NCBI GenBank assembly: GCA_030390025.1
Contig: CM059432.1
Span: 109,432,001-109,496,000 of the forward strand
Length of the DNA stretch: 64,000 nucleotides
Reading direction: 5' to 3'
Source: Squalus acanthias
Lineage: Eukaryota
The position numbers were made by a program, and so were the translations under genes. Below the pieces are notes generated by a model. That model did not search any database, was not told where the DNA came from, and was given only the letters and a program-made list of their open reading frames with translations. The stretch's first letter is position 1. Every line of letters starts with the position of its first letter. Shown piece after piece: positions 12,582 to 27,102 of this stretch.

Positions 12582-13304
12582 GTGCTCTCGGTCCATTGTG
12601 CAACATACTGTCACGTTAAATTAGATAGTACAGACTCCATGAGTGTAAAAAAATCAATACTTGATGGAAGATTGCTCCCTGGAAAATCTGTTTTGATTCC
12701 AAGATTTATTCTTGACCAAAAATGACATGCCATTAGGCAGAAAATGAACACATTCTACTGTACAAATTGGACGGAAATTTGTCAGATGACTTGACCTGTT
12801 CATTTGTTTTTGCTCTCTGAGCAAGAAAGCTGGGTGTGGTTTTCTGGACTGTGGCCGGTGCCTGCTCTGTTTAAAAGCCCAATATTCCATTGTGTATAGG
12901 AAGAATTCTCCAGACCATTGTTGTAAACCTATAGTAAATGTACTTCATCAAGGTAAATGCATTTTACTCAGTGAGGTTTATCTCTCTTGTGTTTTTAAAA
13001 TCTCAGTACACACTACACAATTTCCTAAAATAAAGCACTGATTTTTTTTTCCGCTGGCAAGAGCCATACAATATTAATAAATATCTAATGTTGTCTTTTG
13101 TTAAAAAATTACATTGGTTTTACCAAACATAGAAAGGAAAGTTACAATAGCAATCTTTTATAGTTACTACCTTCTATCTAACTTGCCTGAAAGAACTGTG
13201 TACTTTCTTTGGTAAATTGATTTAGTTTATTTGAACTAAAATAACTGTCAGAAAAACAAACTCTTCTCTGGTGTTAAAAGAATTGAGAAAGCAGTAAAAC
13301 TAAA

Positions 13305-13384
13305 CAAAGACAGCTAACCCAAGACCGTAGTGAAACATGTCCTGCAAAGACAGCTAACCCAAGACCATAGTGAAACACGTCCTG
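13305..13384. repeat. 2 x 40-bp tandem duplication
   Basis: caaagacagctaacccaagaccRtagtgaaacaYgtcctg occurs twice, with 2 mismatches. Confidence 0.9.
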
Positions 13385-13569
13385 CAAGGGTAATATATAC
13401 AGATTTCTTTCTTGATCTATCTTCTCATTTTGGTCTAGTGACATTGTAAACATAGTGGGATGATTTCCCATCAATGCTATGTCTAGCAATATAGTAAAAA
13501 TGTTGGAACAGAATAAGTTTACAATTTTGCTAGAAGTTGTAATGGAGGAAATTGTTCCCATTTAATCTT

Positions 13570-16500
13570 ACCTGGCTCATGTCAGCTCACATTGCCTCTC
13601 CAGGCTCACGTTGCCTCCTCTTGCTGACATTGCCTCCTCTGGCACACGTTGCCTCTCATGGCTCACGCTGCCTCCTCTGGTTCATGTTGCCGCCTCTGGC
13701 TTACATAGTCTCCCCTGCTAATGTTGCCTCTCCTGACACACATTCTCTCCTGTGGCTCACGTTGAAACCTTTGGCTCACTATGTCTCCTCTGGCTCAGGT
13801 TGCCGCTCTTGGCTCACGTTGGCTCTTTTGACTCATGTTATCTCCTGACTCACGTTGTCTCCTCTGGCTCACGTTGTCTCCTCTGGCTCACATTGTCTCC
13901 TCTGGCTCACCTTGCCTCCTCTGGTTCACATCTCCTCTGGCTCACATTGTCTCCTCTGGCTCATGTTGCCTCCTCTGGTTCACATCTCCTCTGGCTCACA
14001 TTGTCTCCTCTGGCTCACATTGTCTCCTCTGGTAAACATCTCCTCTGGCTCACGTTGCCTCCTCTGGTTCACATCTCCTCTGGCTCACGTTGTCTCCTCT
14101 GGCTCACGTTGTCTCCTCTGGCTCACGTTGTCTCCTCTGGCTCACGTTGTCTCCTCTGGCTCACATTGCCTCCTCTGGTTCACATCTCCTCTGACTCACG
14201 TTTCCTTTGGCTCACTTTTTCTCCTCTGGCTTACGTTACGTCCTCTGGTACACATTGTCTCGTCTGGAGCACATTGCCTCCTCTGGCTCACGTTGCAACC
14301 TCTCATTCACTTTGCCTCCTCTGGCGCACGTTGTCTCCTCTGGCTCACATTACCTCCCCTGGCGCACATTGCCTCCTCTGATGCAAGAAGTCTCCTTTGG
14401 CTCACGTGGCCACCCCGGCTCATTTTGCCTCCTCTGGCTCACGTTGTCTCTTTTGACTCACGTTGACTCCTCTGGCTCACGTTTCCTGCTCTGGCTCACA
14501 TTGTCTCCTCAGGCTCAAGTTGCCTCCTCTGGCTCATGTTGTCTTCTCTGGCTCACATTGCCTCCTCTGGTGCATGTTGCAACCTCTCGTTCACGTTGCC
14601 TCCTCTGCCCCACATTGTCTCCTCTGGTTCACGTTGCCTCCTCTGCCCCACATTGTCTCCTCTGGTTCACGTTGCCTCCTCTGCCCCACATTGTCTCCTC
14701 TGGTTCACATTGCCTCCTCTGCCCCACAGTGTCTCCTCTGGTTCACATTGCCTCCTCTGCCCCACATTGTCTCCTCTGGCTCACATTGTCTCCTCTGGCT
14801 CACATTGTCGCCTCTGCCCCACATTGTCTCCTCTGGCTCACATTGTCTCCTCTGGCTCACATTGTCACCTCTGGCCCACATTGTCTCCTCTGGCTCACAT
14901 TGTCTCCTCTGGCTCACATTGTCTCCTCTGGCCCACATTGTCTCCTCTGGCCCACATTGTCTCCTCTGGCCCACATTGCTTCCTCTGGCCCACATTGTCT
15001 CCTCTGGCCCACATTGCCTCCTCTGGCCCACATTGTCTCCTCTGGCCCACATTGCCTCCTCTAACCCACATTGTCTCCTCTGGCTCACATTGCCTCCTTG
15101 GCTCACATTGTCTCCTCTGGCTCACATTGTCTCCTCTGCCCCACATTGTCTCCTCTGCCCCACATTGTCTCCTCTGCCCCACATTGTCTCCTCTGCCTCA
15201 CATTGTCTCCTCTGCCCCACATTGTCTCCTCTGGCTCACATTGTCTCCTCTGGCTCACATTGTCTCCTCTGGCTCACATTGTCTCCTCTGGTTCACATTG
15301 CCTCCTTGGCTCACATTGTCTCCTCTGGCTCACATTGTCTCCTCTGGCCCACATTGCCTCCTCTGCCCCACATTGTCTCCTCTGGCTCACATTGTCGCCT
15401 CTGGCCCACATTGTCTCCTCTGGCTCACATTGTCTCCTCTGGCTCACATTGTCTCCTCTGGCACACATTGCCTCCTCTGCCCCACATTGTCTCCTCTGGC
15501 CCACATTACCTCCTCTGGCTCATGTTGCCGCCTCAGGCCCACGTTGCCTCCTCTGGCTCACGTTGCCTCCTTTGGATCACGTTGCCTCCTTTGGATCACG
15601 TTGCCTCCTCTGGCTCATGTTGCCGCCTCAGGCCCACGTTGCCTCCTCTGGCTCACGTTGCCTCCTTTGGATCACGTTGCCTCCTTTGGATCACGTTGCC
15701 TCCTCTGGCTCATGGTGTCTCTCCTAATTCACGTTGTCTCTCCTTACTCACATTGCCTCCTCTGGCTCAAGTTGTATCCTCTGGCTCACATTGTCTCCTC
15801 TGGCTCACGTTGCCTCCTCTGACGCACGTTGTCTCCTCTGGCTCACGTTGCCTCTGCTGGCTCACTTTGCCTCCTTTGGATCACGTTGCCTCCTCTGGCT
15901 CATGGTGTATCTCCTAATTCACGTTGTCTCTCCTTACTCACATTGCCTCCTCTGGCTCAAGTTGTCTCCTTTGGCTCACATTGTCTCCTCTGGCTCACAT
16001 TGTCTCCTCTGACGCACGTTGCATCCTCTGGCTCACATTGTCTCCTCTGGCTCACGTTGTCTCCTCTGACGCACGTTGCATCCTCTGGCCCACATTGCTT
16101 CCTCTGGCCCACATTGTCTCCTCTGGCCCACATTGCCTCCTCTGGCCCACATTGTCTCCTCTGGCCCACATTGCCTCCTCTGCTCCACATTGTCTCCTCT
16201 GGCTCACATTGCCTCCTTGGCTCACATTGTCTCCTCTGGCTCACATTGTCTCCTCTGCCCCACATTGTCTCCTCTGCCCCACATTGTCTCCTCTGCCCCA
16301 CATTGTCTCCTCTGCCTCACATTGTCTCCTCTGCCCCACATTGTCTCCTCTGGCTCACATTGTCTCCTCTGGCTCACATTGTCTCCTCTGGCTCACATTG
16401 TCTCCTCTGGTTCACATTGCCTCCTTGGCTCACATTGTCTCCTCTGGCTCACATTGTCTCCTCTGGCCCACATTGCCTCCTCTGCCCCACATTGTCTCCT

Positions 16501-19500
16501 CTGGCTCACATTGTCGCCTCTGGCCCACATTGTCTCCTCTGGCTCACATTGTCTCCTCTGGCTCACATTGTCTCCTCTGGCACACATTGCCTCCTCTGCC
16601 CCACATTGTCTCCTCTGGCCCACATTACCTCCTCTGGCTCATGTTGCCGCCTCAGGCCCACGTTGCCTCCTCTGGCTCACGTTGCCTCCTTTGGATCACG
16701 TTGCCTCCTTTGGATCACGTTGCCTCCTCTGGCTCATGTTGCCGCCTCAGGCCCACGTTGCCTCCTCTGGCTCACGTTGCCTCCTTTGGATCACGTTGCC
16801 TCCTTTGGATCACGTTGCCTCCTCTGGCTCATGGTGTCTCTCCTAATTCACGTTGTCTCTCCTTACTCACATTGCCTCCTCTGGCTCAAGTTGTATCCTC
16901 TGGCTCACATTGTCTCCTCTGGCTCACGTTGCCTCCTCTGACGCACGTTGTCTCCTCTGGCTCACGTTGCCTCTGCTGGCTCACTTTGCCTCCTTTGGAT
17001 CACGTTGCCTCCTCTGGCTCATGGTGTATCTCCTAATTCACGTTGTCTCTCCTTACTCACATTGCCTCCTCTGGCTCAAGTTGTCTCCTTTGGCTCACAT
17101 TGTCTCCTCTGGCTCACATTGTCTCCTCTGACGCACGTTGCATCCTCTGGCTCACATTGTCTCCTCTGGCTCACGTTGTCTCCTCTGACGCACGTTGCAT
17201 CCTCTGGCTCACATTGTCTCGTCTGGCTCACGTTGTCTCCTCTGACGCACGTTGTCTCCTCTGGCTCACATTGTCTCCTCTGGCTCACGTTGCCTCCTCT
17301 GGCTCACATTGTCTCCTCTGGCTCACATTGTCTCCTCTGGCTCACATTGTCTCCTCTGGCTCACGTTGCCTCATCTGGCTCACGTTGCCTCCTCTGGCTC
17401 ACGTTGTTTCCTCTGGCACACATTGTTTCCTCTGGCTCACGTTGTTTCCTCTGGCTCACGTTGCCTCCTCTGGCTCACGTTGCCTCCTCTGGCTCACGTT
17501 GTTTCCTCTGGCTCACGTTGCCTCCTCTGGCTCACGTTGCCTCTTCTGGCTCACGTTGTTTCCTCTGGCTCACGTTGCCTCCTCTGGCTCACGTTGTCTC
17601 CTCTGGCTCACGTTGCCTCCTCTGGCTCACGTTGTCTCCTCTGACGCACGTTGCATGCTCTGGCTCACGTTGCCTCCTCTGGCTCACGTTGTCTCCTCTG
17701 ACGCACGTTGCATGCTCTGGCTCACGTTGTCTCCTCTGACGCACATTGCATGCTCTGGCTCATGTTGCCTCTTCTGCCGAGCGTTGCCTCCTCTGGCTTG
17801 CGTTGCCTCCTCTGGCTCGCGTTTCCTCCTCTGGCTCACGTTGCCTCCTCTGGCTCACATTGTCTCCTCTGGCCCACATTGCCTCCTCTGCCCCACATTG
17901 TCTCCTCTGGCTCACATTGTCTCCTCTGGCCCACATTGCCTCCTCTGCCCCACATTGTCTCCTCTGGCTCACATTGTCTCCTCTGCCCCACATTGTCTCC
18001 TCTGGCCCACATTGCCTCCTCTGCCCCACATTGTCTCCTCTGGCTCATGTTGCCGCCTCAGGCCCACGTTGCCTCCTCTGGCTCACGTTGCCTCCTTTGG
18101 ATCACGTTGCCTCCTTTGGATCACGTTGCCTCCTCTGGCTCATGTTGCCGCCTCAGGCCCACGTTGCCTCCTCTGGCTCATGTTGCCTCCTTTGGATCAC
18201 GTTGCCTCCTTTGGACCACGTTGCCTCCTCTGGCTCATGGTGTCTCTCCTAATTCACGTTGTCTCTCCTTACTCACATTGCCTCCTCTGGCTCAAGTTGT
18301 CTCCTCTGGCTCACATTGTCTCCTCTGGCTGACGTTGCCTCCTCTGACGTACTTTGTCTCCTCTGGCTCACGTTGCCTCTGCTGGCTCACTTTGCCTCCT
18401 TTGGATCACGTTGCCTCCTCTGGCTCATGGCGTATCTCCTAATTCACGTTGTCTCTCCTTACTCACATTGCCTCCTCTGGCTCAAGATGTCTCCTTTGGC
18501 TCACATTGTCTCCTCTGGCTCACATTGTCTCCTCTGACGCACGTTGCATCCTCTGGCTCACATTGTCTCCTCTGGCTCACGTTGTCTCCTCTGACGCACG
18601 TTGCATCCTCTGGCTCACATTGTCTCCTCTGGCTCACGTTGTCTCCTCTGACGCACGTTGTCTCCTCTGGCTCACATTGTCTCCTCTGGCTCACGTTGCC
18701 TCCTCTGGCTCACATTGTCTCCTCTGGCTCACATTGTCTCCTCTGGCTCACGTTGTCTCCTCTGGCTCACGTTGCCTCCTCTGGCTCAAGTTGTCTCCTC
18801 TGGCTCACATTGTCTCCTCTGGCTCACATTGTCTCCTCTGGCTCACGTTGCCTCCTCTGGCTCACGTTGCCTCCTCTGGCTCACGTTGCCTCCTCTGGCT
18901 CACGTTGCCTCCTCTGGCTCACGTTGTCTCCTCTGGCTCAAGTTGTCTCCTCTGGCTCACATTGTCTCCTCTGGCTCTCATTGTCTCCTCTGGCTCACAT
19001 TGTCTCCTCTGGCTCACGTTGTCTCCTCTGACGCACGTTGCATCCTCTGGCTCACATTGTCTCCTCTGGCTCACGTTGCCTCCTCTGGCTCACATTGTCT
19101 CCTCTGGCTCACATTGTCTCCTCTGGCTCACATTGTCTCCTCTGGCTCACATTGTCTCCTCTGGCTCACATTGTCTCCTCTGGCTCACATTGTCTCCTCT
19201 GGCTCACGTTGCCTCCTCTGGCTCAAGTTGTCTCCTCTGGCTCACATTGTCTCCTCTGGCTCACGTTGTCTCCTCTGACGCACGTTGCATCCTCTGGCTC
19301 ACATTGTCTCCTCTGGCTCACGTTGCCTCCTCTGGCTCACATTGTCTCCTCTGGCTCACATTGTCTCCTCTGGCTCACATTGTCTCCTCTGGCTCACATT
19401 GTCTCCTCTGGCTCACATTGTCTCCTCTGGCTCACATTGTCTCCTCTGGCTCACGTTGCCTCCTCTGGCTCAAGTTGTCTCCTCTGGCTCACATTGTCTC

Positions 19501-22500
19501 CTCTGGCTCACATTGTCTCCTTTGGCTCACGTTGCCTCCTCTGGCTCACGTTGCCTCCTCTGGCTCACGTTGCCTCCTCTGGCTCACGTTGTTTCCTCTG
19601 GCTCACGTTGTTTCCTCTGGCTCACATTGTTTCCTCTGGCTCACGTTGCCTCCTCTGGCTCACGTTGCCTCCTCTGGCTCACGTTGTTTCCTCTGGCTCA
19701 CGTTGCCTCCTCTGGCTCACGTTGCCTCTTCTGGCTCACGTTGTTTACTCTGGCTCACGTTGCCTCCTCTGGCTCACGTTGCCTCCTCTGGCTCACGTTG
19801 TTTCCTCTGGCTCACGTTGTCTCCTCTGGCTCACGTTGTCTCCTCTGGCTCACGTTGCCTCCTCTGGCTCACGTTGTCTCCTCTGACGCACGTTGCATGC
19901 TCTGGCTCACGTTGCCTCCTCTGGCTCACGTTGTCTCCTCTGACGCACGTTGCATGCTCTGGCTCATGTTGTCTCCTCTGATGCACATTGCATGCTCTGG
20001 CTCACGTTGCCTCTTCTGCCGAGCGTTGCCTCCTCTAGCTTGCGTTGCCTCCTCTGGCTCACGTTGCCTCCTCTGGCTCATGTTGCCTCCTCTGGCTCAC
20101 ATTGTTTCCTCTGGCTCACATTGTCTCCTCTGGCCCACATTGCCTCCTCTGCCCCACATTGTCTCCTCTGGCTCACATTGTCTCCTCTGGCCCACATTGT
20201 CTCCTCTGGCTCACATTGTCTCCTCTGCCCCACATTGTCTCCTCTGGCTCACATTGTCTCCTCTGGCTCACATTGTCTCCTCTGGCCCACATTGCCTCCT
20301 CTGCCCCACATTGTCTCCTCTGGCCCACATTACCTCCTCTGGCTCATGTTGCCGCCTCAGGCCCACGTTGCCTCCTCTGGCTCATGTTGCCTCCTTTGGA
20401 TCACGTTGCCTCCTTTGGATCACGTTGCCTCCTCTGGCTCATGTTGCCGCCTCAGGCCCACGTTGCCTCCTCTGGCTCACGTTGCCTCCTTTGGATCACG
20501 TTGCCTCCTTTGGATCACGTTGCCTCCTCTGGCTCATGGTGTCTCTCCTAATTCACGTTGTCTCTCCTTACTCACTTTGCCTCCTCTGGCTCAAGTTGTC
20601 TCCTCTGGCTCACATTGTCTCCTCTGGCTCACGTTGCCTCCTCTGATGTACGTTGTCTCCTCTGGCTCACGTTGCCTCTGCTGGCTCACTTTGCCTCCTT
20701 TGGATCACGTTGCCTCCTCTGGCTCATGGCGTATCTCCTAATTCACGTTGTCTCTCCTTACTCACATTGCCTCCTCTGGCTCAAGTTGTCTCCTTTGGCT
20801 CACATTGTCTCCTCTGGCTCACATTGTCTCCTCTGACGCACGTTGCATCCTCTGGCTCACATTGTCTCCTCTGGCTCACGTTGTCTCCTCTGACGCACGT
20901 TGTCTCCTCTGGCTCACATTGTCTCCTCTGGCTCACGTTGCCTCCTCTGGCTCACATTGTCTCCTTTGGCTCACATTGTCTCCTCTGGCTCACATTGTCT
21001 CCTCTGGCTCACATTGTCTCCTCTGGCTCACGTTGCCTCCTCTGGCTCAAGTTGTCTCCTCTCGCTCACATTGTCTCCTCTGGCTCACATTGTCTCCTCT
21101 GGCTCACATTGTCTCCTCTGGCTCACATTGCCTCCTCTGGCTCACGTTGCCTCCTCTGGCTCACGTTGCCTCCTCTGGCTCACGTTGCCTCCTCTGGCTC
21201 ACGTTGCCTCCTCTGGCTCACGTTGCCTCCTCTGGCTCACGTTGTTTCCTCTGGCTCACATTGTCTCCTCTGGCTCAAGTTGTCTCCTCTGGCTCACATT
21301 GTCTCCTCTGGCTCTCATTGTCTCCTCTGGCTCACATTGTCTCCTCTGGCTCACGTTGCCTCCTCTGGCTCACGTTGCCTCCTCTGGCTCACATTGTTTC
21401 CTGTGGCTCACGTTGTTTCCTCTGGCTCACGTTGTTTCCTCTGGCTCACGTTGCCTCCTCTGGCTCACGTTGCCTCCTCTGGCTCACGTTGTTTCCTCTG
21501 GCTCACGTTGTCTCCTCTGGCCCACATTGCCTCCTCTGCCCCACATTGTCTCCTCTGGCTCACATTGTCGCCTCTGGCCCACATTGTCTCCTCTGGCTCA
21601 CATTGTCTCCTCTGGCTCACATTGTCTCCTCTGGCCCACATTGCCTCCTCTGCCCCACATTGTCTCCTCTGGCTCACATTGTCTCCTCTGGCCCACATTA
21701 TCTCCTCTGGCCCACATTGTCTCCTCTGGCTCACGTTGTCTCCTCTGGCTCACGTTGCATGCTCTGGCTCACGTTGCCTCTTCTGCCGAGCGTTGCCTCC
21801 TCTGGCTCACGTTGTCTCCTCTGGCTCACGTTGCCTCCTCTGGCTCACGTTGCCTCCTCTGGCTCACGTTGTCTCCTCTGACACACGTTGCATGCTCTGG
21901 CTCACGTTGTCTCCTCTGACGCACGTTGCATGCTCTGGCTCACATTGTCTCCTCTGGCTCACATTGTCTCCTCTGGCTCACGTTGCCTCCTCTGGCTCAC
22001 GTTGCCTCCTCTGGCTCACGTTGTTTCCTCTGGCACACATTGTTTCCTCTGGCTCACGTTGTTTCCTCTGGCTCACGTTGCCTCCTCTGGCTCACGTTGC
22101 CTCCTCTGGCTCACGTTGTTTCCTCTGGCTCACGTTGCCTCCTCTGGCTCACGTTGCCTCTTCTGGCTCACGTTGTTTCCTCTGGCTCACGTTGCCTCCT
22201 CTGGCTCACGTTGTCTCCTCTGGCTCACGTTGCCTCCTCTGGCTCACGTTGTCTCCTCTGACGCACGTTGCATGCTCTGGCTCACGTTGCCTCCTCTGGC
22301 TCACGTTGTCTCCTCTGACGCACGTTGCATGCTCTGGCTCACGTTGTCTCCTCTGACGCACATTGCATGCTCTGGCTCATGTTGCCTCTTCTGCCGAGCG
22401 TTGCCTCCTCTGGCTTGCGTTGCCTCCTCTGGCTCACGTTTCCTCCTCTGGCTCACGTTGCCTCCTCTGGCTCACATTGTCTCCTCTGGCCCACATTGCC

Positions 22501-25500
22501 TCCTCTGCCCCACATTGTCTCCTCTGGCTCACATTGTCTCCTCTGGCCCACATTGCCTCCTCTGCCCCACATTGTCTCCTCTGGCTCACATTGTCTCCTC
22601 TGCCCCACATTGTCTCCTCTGGCTCACATTGTCTCCTCTGGCTCACATTGTCTCCTCTGGCCCACATTGCCTCCTCTGCCCCACATTGTCTCCTCTGGCT
22701 CATGTTGCCGCCTCAGGCCCACGTTGCCTCCTCTGGCTCACGTTGCCTCCTTTGGATCACGTTGCCTCCTTTGGATCACGTTGCCTCCTCTGGCTCATGT
22801 TGCCGCCTCAGGCCCACGTTGCCTCCTCTGGCTCATGTTGCCTCCTTTGGATCACGTTGCCTCCTTTGGACCACGTTGCCTCCTCTGGCTCATGGTGTCT
22901 CTCCTAATTCACGTTGTCTCTCCTTACTCACATTGCCTCCTCTGGCTCAAGTTGTCTCCTCTGGCTCACATTGTCTCCTCTGGCTGACGTTGCCTCCTCT
23001 GACGTACTTTGTCTCCTCTGGCTCACGTTGCCTCTGCTGGCTCACTTTGCCTCCTTTGGATCACGTTGCCTCCTCTGGCTCATGGCGTATCTCCTAATTC
23101 ACGTTGTCTCTCCTTACTCACATTGCCTCCTCTGGCTCAAGATGTCTCCTTTGGCTCACATTGTCTCCTCTGGCTCACATTGTCTCCTCTGACGCACGTT
23201 GCATCCTCTGGCTCACATTGTCTCCTCTGGCTCACGTTGTCTCCTCTGACGCACGTTGCATCCTCTGGCTCACATTGTCTCCTCTGGCTCACGTTGTCTC
23301 CTCTGACGCACGTTGTCTCCTCTGGCTCACATTGTCTCCTCTGGCTCACGTTGCCTCCTCTGGCTCACATTGTCTCCTCTGGCTCACATTGTCTCCTCTG
23401 GCTCACGTTGTCTCCTCTGGCTCACGTTGCCTCCTCTGGCTCAAGTTGTCTCCTCTGGCTCACATTGTCTCCTCTGGCTCACATTGTCTCCTCTGGCTCA
23501 CGTTGCCTCCTCTGGCTCACGTTGCCTCCTCTGGCTCACGTTGCCTCCTCTGGCTCACGTTGCCTCCTCTGGCTCACGTTGCCTCCTCTGGCTCACATTG
23601 TCTCCTCTGGCTCAAGTTGTCTCCTCTGGCTCACATTGTCTCCTCTGGCTCTCATTGTCTCCTCTGGCTCACATTGTCTCCTCTGGCTCACGTTGTCTCC
23701 TCTGACGCACGTTGCATCCTCTGGCTCACATTGTCTCCTCTGGCTCACGTTGCCTCCTCTGGCTCACATTGTCTCCTCTGGCTCACATTGTCTCCTCTGG
23801 CTCACATTGTCTCCTCTGGCTCACATTGTCTCCTCTGGCTCACATTGTCTCCTCTGGCTCACGTTGCCTCCTCTGGCTCAAGTTGTCTCCTCTGGCTCAC
23901 ATTGTCTCCTCTGGCTCACGTTGTCTCCTCTGACGCACGTTGCATCCTCTGGCTCACATTGTCTCCTCTGGCTCACGTTGCCTCCTCTGGCTCACATTGT
24001 CTCCTCTGGCTCACATTGTCTCCTCTGGCTCACATTGTCTCCTCTGGCTCACATTGTCTCCTCTGGCTCACATTGTCTCCTCTGGCTCACATTGTCTCCT
24101 CTGGCTCACGTTGCCTCCTCTGGCTCAAGTTGTCTCCTCTGGCTCACATTGTCTCCTCTGGCTCACATTGTCTCCTTTGGCTCACGTTGCCTCCTCTGGC
24201 TCACGTTGCCTCCTCTGGCTCACGTTGCCTCCTCTGGCTCACGTTGTTTCCTCTGGCTCACGTTGTTTCCTCTGGCTCACATTGTTTCCTCTGGCTCACG
24301 TTGCCTCCTCTGGCTCACGTTGCCTCCTCTGGCTCACGTTGTTTCCTCTGGCTCACGTTGCCTCCTCTGGCTCACGTTGCCTCTTCTGGCTCACGTTGTT
24401 TACTCTGGCTCACGTTGCCTCCTCTGGCTCACGTTGCCTCCTCTGGCTCACGTTGTTTCCTCTGGCTCACGTTGTCTCCTCTGGCTCACATTGTCTCCTC
24501 TGGCTCACGTTGCCTCCTCTGGCTCACGTTGTCTCCTCTGACGCACGTTGCATGCTCTGGCTCACGTTGCCTCCTCTGGCTCACGTTGTCTCCTCTGACG
24601 CACGTTGCATGCTCTGGCTCATGTTGTCTCCTCTGATGCACATTGCATGCTCTGGCTCACGTTGCCTCTTCTGCCGAGCGTTGCCTCCTCTGTTTGCGTT
24701 GCCTCCTCTGGCTCACGTTGCCTCCTCTGGCTCATGTTGCCTCCTCTGGCTCACATTGTTTCCTCTGGCTCACATTGTCTCCTCTGGCCCACATTGCCTC
24801 CTCTGCCCCACATTGTCTCCTCTGGCTCACATTGTCTCCTCTGGCCCACATTGTCTCCTCTGGCTCACATTGTCTCCTCTGCCCCACATTGTCTCCTCTG
24901 GCTCACATTGTCTCCTCTGGCTCACATTGTCTCCTCTGGCCCACATTGCCTCCTCTGCCCCACATTGTCTCCTCTGGCCCACATTACCTCCTCTGGCTCA
25001 TGTTGCCGCCTCAGGCCCACGTTGCCTCCTCTGGCTCACGTTGCCTCCTTTGGATCACGTTGCCTCCTTTGGATCACGTTGCCTCCTCTGGCTCATGTTG
25101 CCGCCTCAGGCCCACGTTGCCTCCTCTGGCTCACGTTGCCTCCTTTGGATCACGTTGCCTCCTTTGGATCACATTGCCTCCTCTGGCTCATGGTGTCTCT
25201 CCTAATTCACGTTGTCTCTCCTTACTCACATTGCCTCCTCTGGCTCAAGTTGTCTCCTCTGGCTCACATTGTCTCCTCTGGCTCACGTTGCCTCCTCTGA
25301 CGTACGTTGTCTCCTCTGGCTCACGTTGCCTCTGCTGGCTCACTTTGCCTCCTTTGGATCACGTTGCCTCCTCTGGCTCATGGCGTATCTCCTAATTCAC
25401 GTTGTCTCTCCTTACTCACATTGCCTCCTCTGGCTCAAGTTGTCTCCTTTGGCTCACATTGTCTCCTCTGGCTCACATTGTCTCCTCTGACGCACGTTGC

Positions 25501-26865
25501 ATCCTCTGGCTCACATTGTCTCCTCTGGCTCACGTTGTCTCCTCTGACGCACGTTGTCTCCTCTGGCTCACATTGTCTCCTCTGGCTCACGTTGCCTCCT
25601 CTGGCTCAAGTTGTCTCCTCTCGCTCACATTGTCTCCTCTGGCTCACATTGTCTCCTCTGGCTCACATTGTCTCCTCTGGCTCACATTGCCTCCTCTGGC
25701 TCACGTTGCCTCCTCTGGCTCACGTTGCCTCCTCTGGCTCACGTTGCCTCCTCTGGCTCACGTTGCCTCCTCTGGCTCACGTTGCCTCCTCTGGCTCACG
25801 TTGTTTCCTCTGGCTCACATTGTCTCCTCTGGCTCAAGTTGTCTCCTCTGGCTCACATTGTCTCCTCTGGCTCTCATTGTCTCCTCTGGCTCACATTGTC
25901 TCCTCTGGCTCACGTTGCCTCCTCTGGCTCACGTTGCCTCCTCTGGCTCACATTGTTTCCTGTGGCTCACGTTGTTTCCTCTGGCTCACGTTGTTTCCTC
26001 TGGCTCACGTTGCCTCCTCTGGCTCACGTTGCCTCCTCTGGCTCACGTTGTTTCCTCTGGCTCACGTTGTCTCCTCTGGCCCACATTGCCTCCTCTGCCC
26101 CACATTGTCTCCTCTGGCTCACATTGTCGCCTCTGGCCCACATTGTCTCCTCTGGCTCACATTGTCTCCTCTGGCTCACATTGTCTCCTCTGGCCCACAT
26201 TGCCTCCTCTGCCCCACATTGTCTCCTCTGGCTCACATTGTCTCCTCTGGCCCACATTATCTCCTCTGGCCCACATTGTCTCCTCTGGCTCACGTTGTCT
26301 CCTCTGGCTCACGTTGCATGCTCTGGCTCACGTTGCCTCTTCTGCCGAGCGTTGCCTCCTCTGGCTCACGTTGTCTCCTCTGGCTCACGTTGCCTCCTCT
26401 GGCTCACGTTGCCTCCTCTGGCTCACGTTGTCTCCTCTGACACACGTTGCATGCTCTGGCTCACGTTGTCTCCTCTGACGCACGTTGCATGCTCTGGCTC
26501 ACATTGTCTCCTCTGGCCCACATTGTCTCCTCTGGCCCACATTGTCTCCTCTGGCTCACGTAGTCTCCTCTGGCTCACGTTGCATGCTCTGGCTCACGTT
26601 GCCTCTTCTGCCGAGCGTTGGCTCCTCTGGCTCACGTTGTCTCCTCTGACTCACGTTGCCTCCTCTGGCTCACGTTGCCTCCTCTGGCTCACGTTGTCTC
26701 CTCTGACGCACGTTGCATGCTCTGGCTCACGTTGCCTCTTCTGCCGATCGTTGCCTCCTCTGGCTTGCGTTGCCTCCTCTGGCCTTACGTTGTCTCCTCT
26801 GGCTCACATTGTCTCCTCAGGCTCAAGTCTCCTCTGGCTCATGTTGCCTCCTCTGTTCTCACCTA
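13570..26865. repeat. 19-bp satellite array, ~700 units, consensus CTCTGGCTCACRTTGYCTC
   Basis: Directly visible tandem 19-mer with a degenerate left edge and kb-scale higher-order duplications. Confidence 0.98.
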
Positions 26866-27102
26866 AACATAAGAACATAAGAACATAAGAAATAGGAGCA
26901 GGAGTAGGCCAATTGGCCCCTCGAGCCTGCTCCGCCATTCAATAAGATCATGGCTGATCTGATCCTAACCGCCAATCTACTATCACAGAACCATCTCCTG
27001 AACCTAACAGAATTGGACACACGAAATAGGTGCAGGATCAGGCTACACGGCCCCTGGGCCCGCTACACTACCCACAGGGCCATGACCGATCCGAACCTAG
27101 AC

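Noticed and set aside
13570..26865. CRISPR-like array
   Set aside because: Monomers are head-to-tail with no unique spacers, no cas genes are present, and the context is eukaryotic.
13552..26888. Dozens of long ORFs (up to 567 aa) with LLWLTLSPLAHIVSSGSHC repeats
   Set aside because: The 19-nt monomer lacks plus-strand stops, so all three frames give the same 19-aa repeat. This is a satellite artefact.
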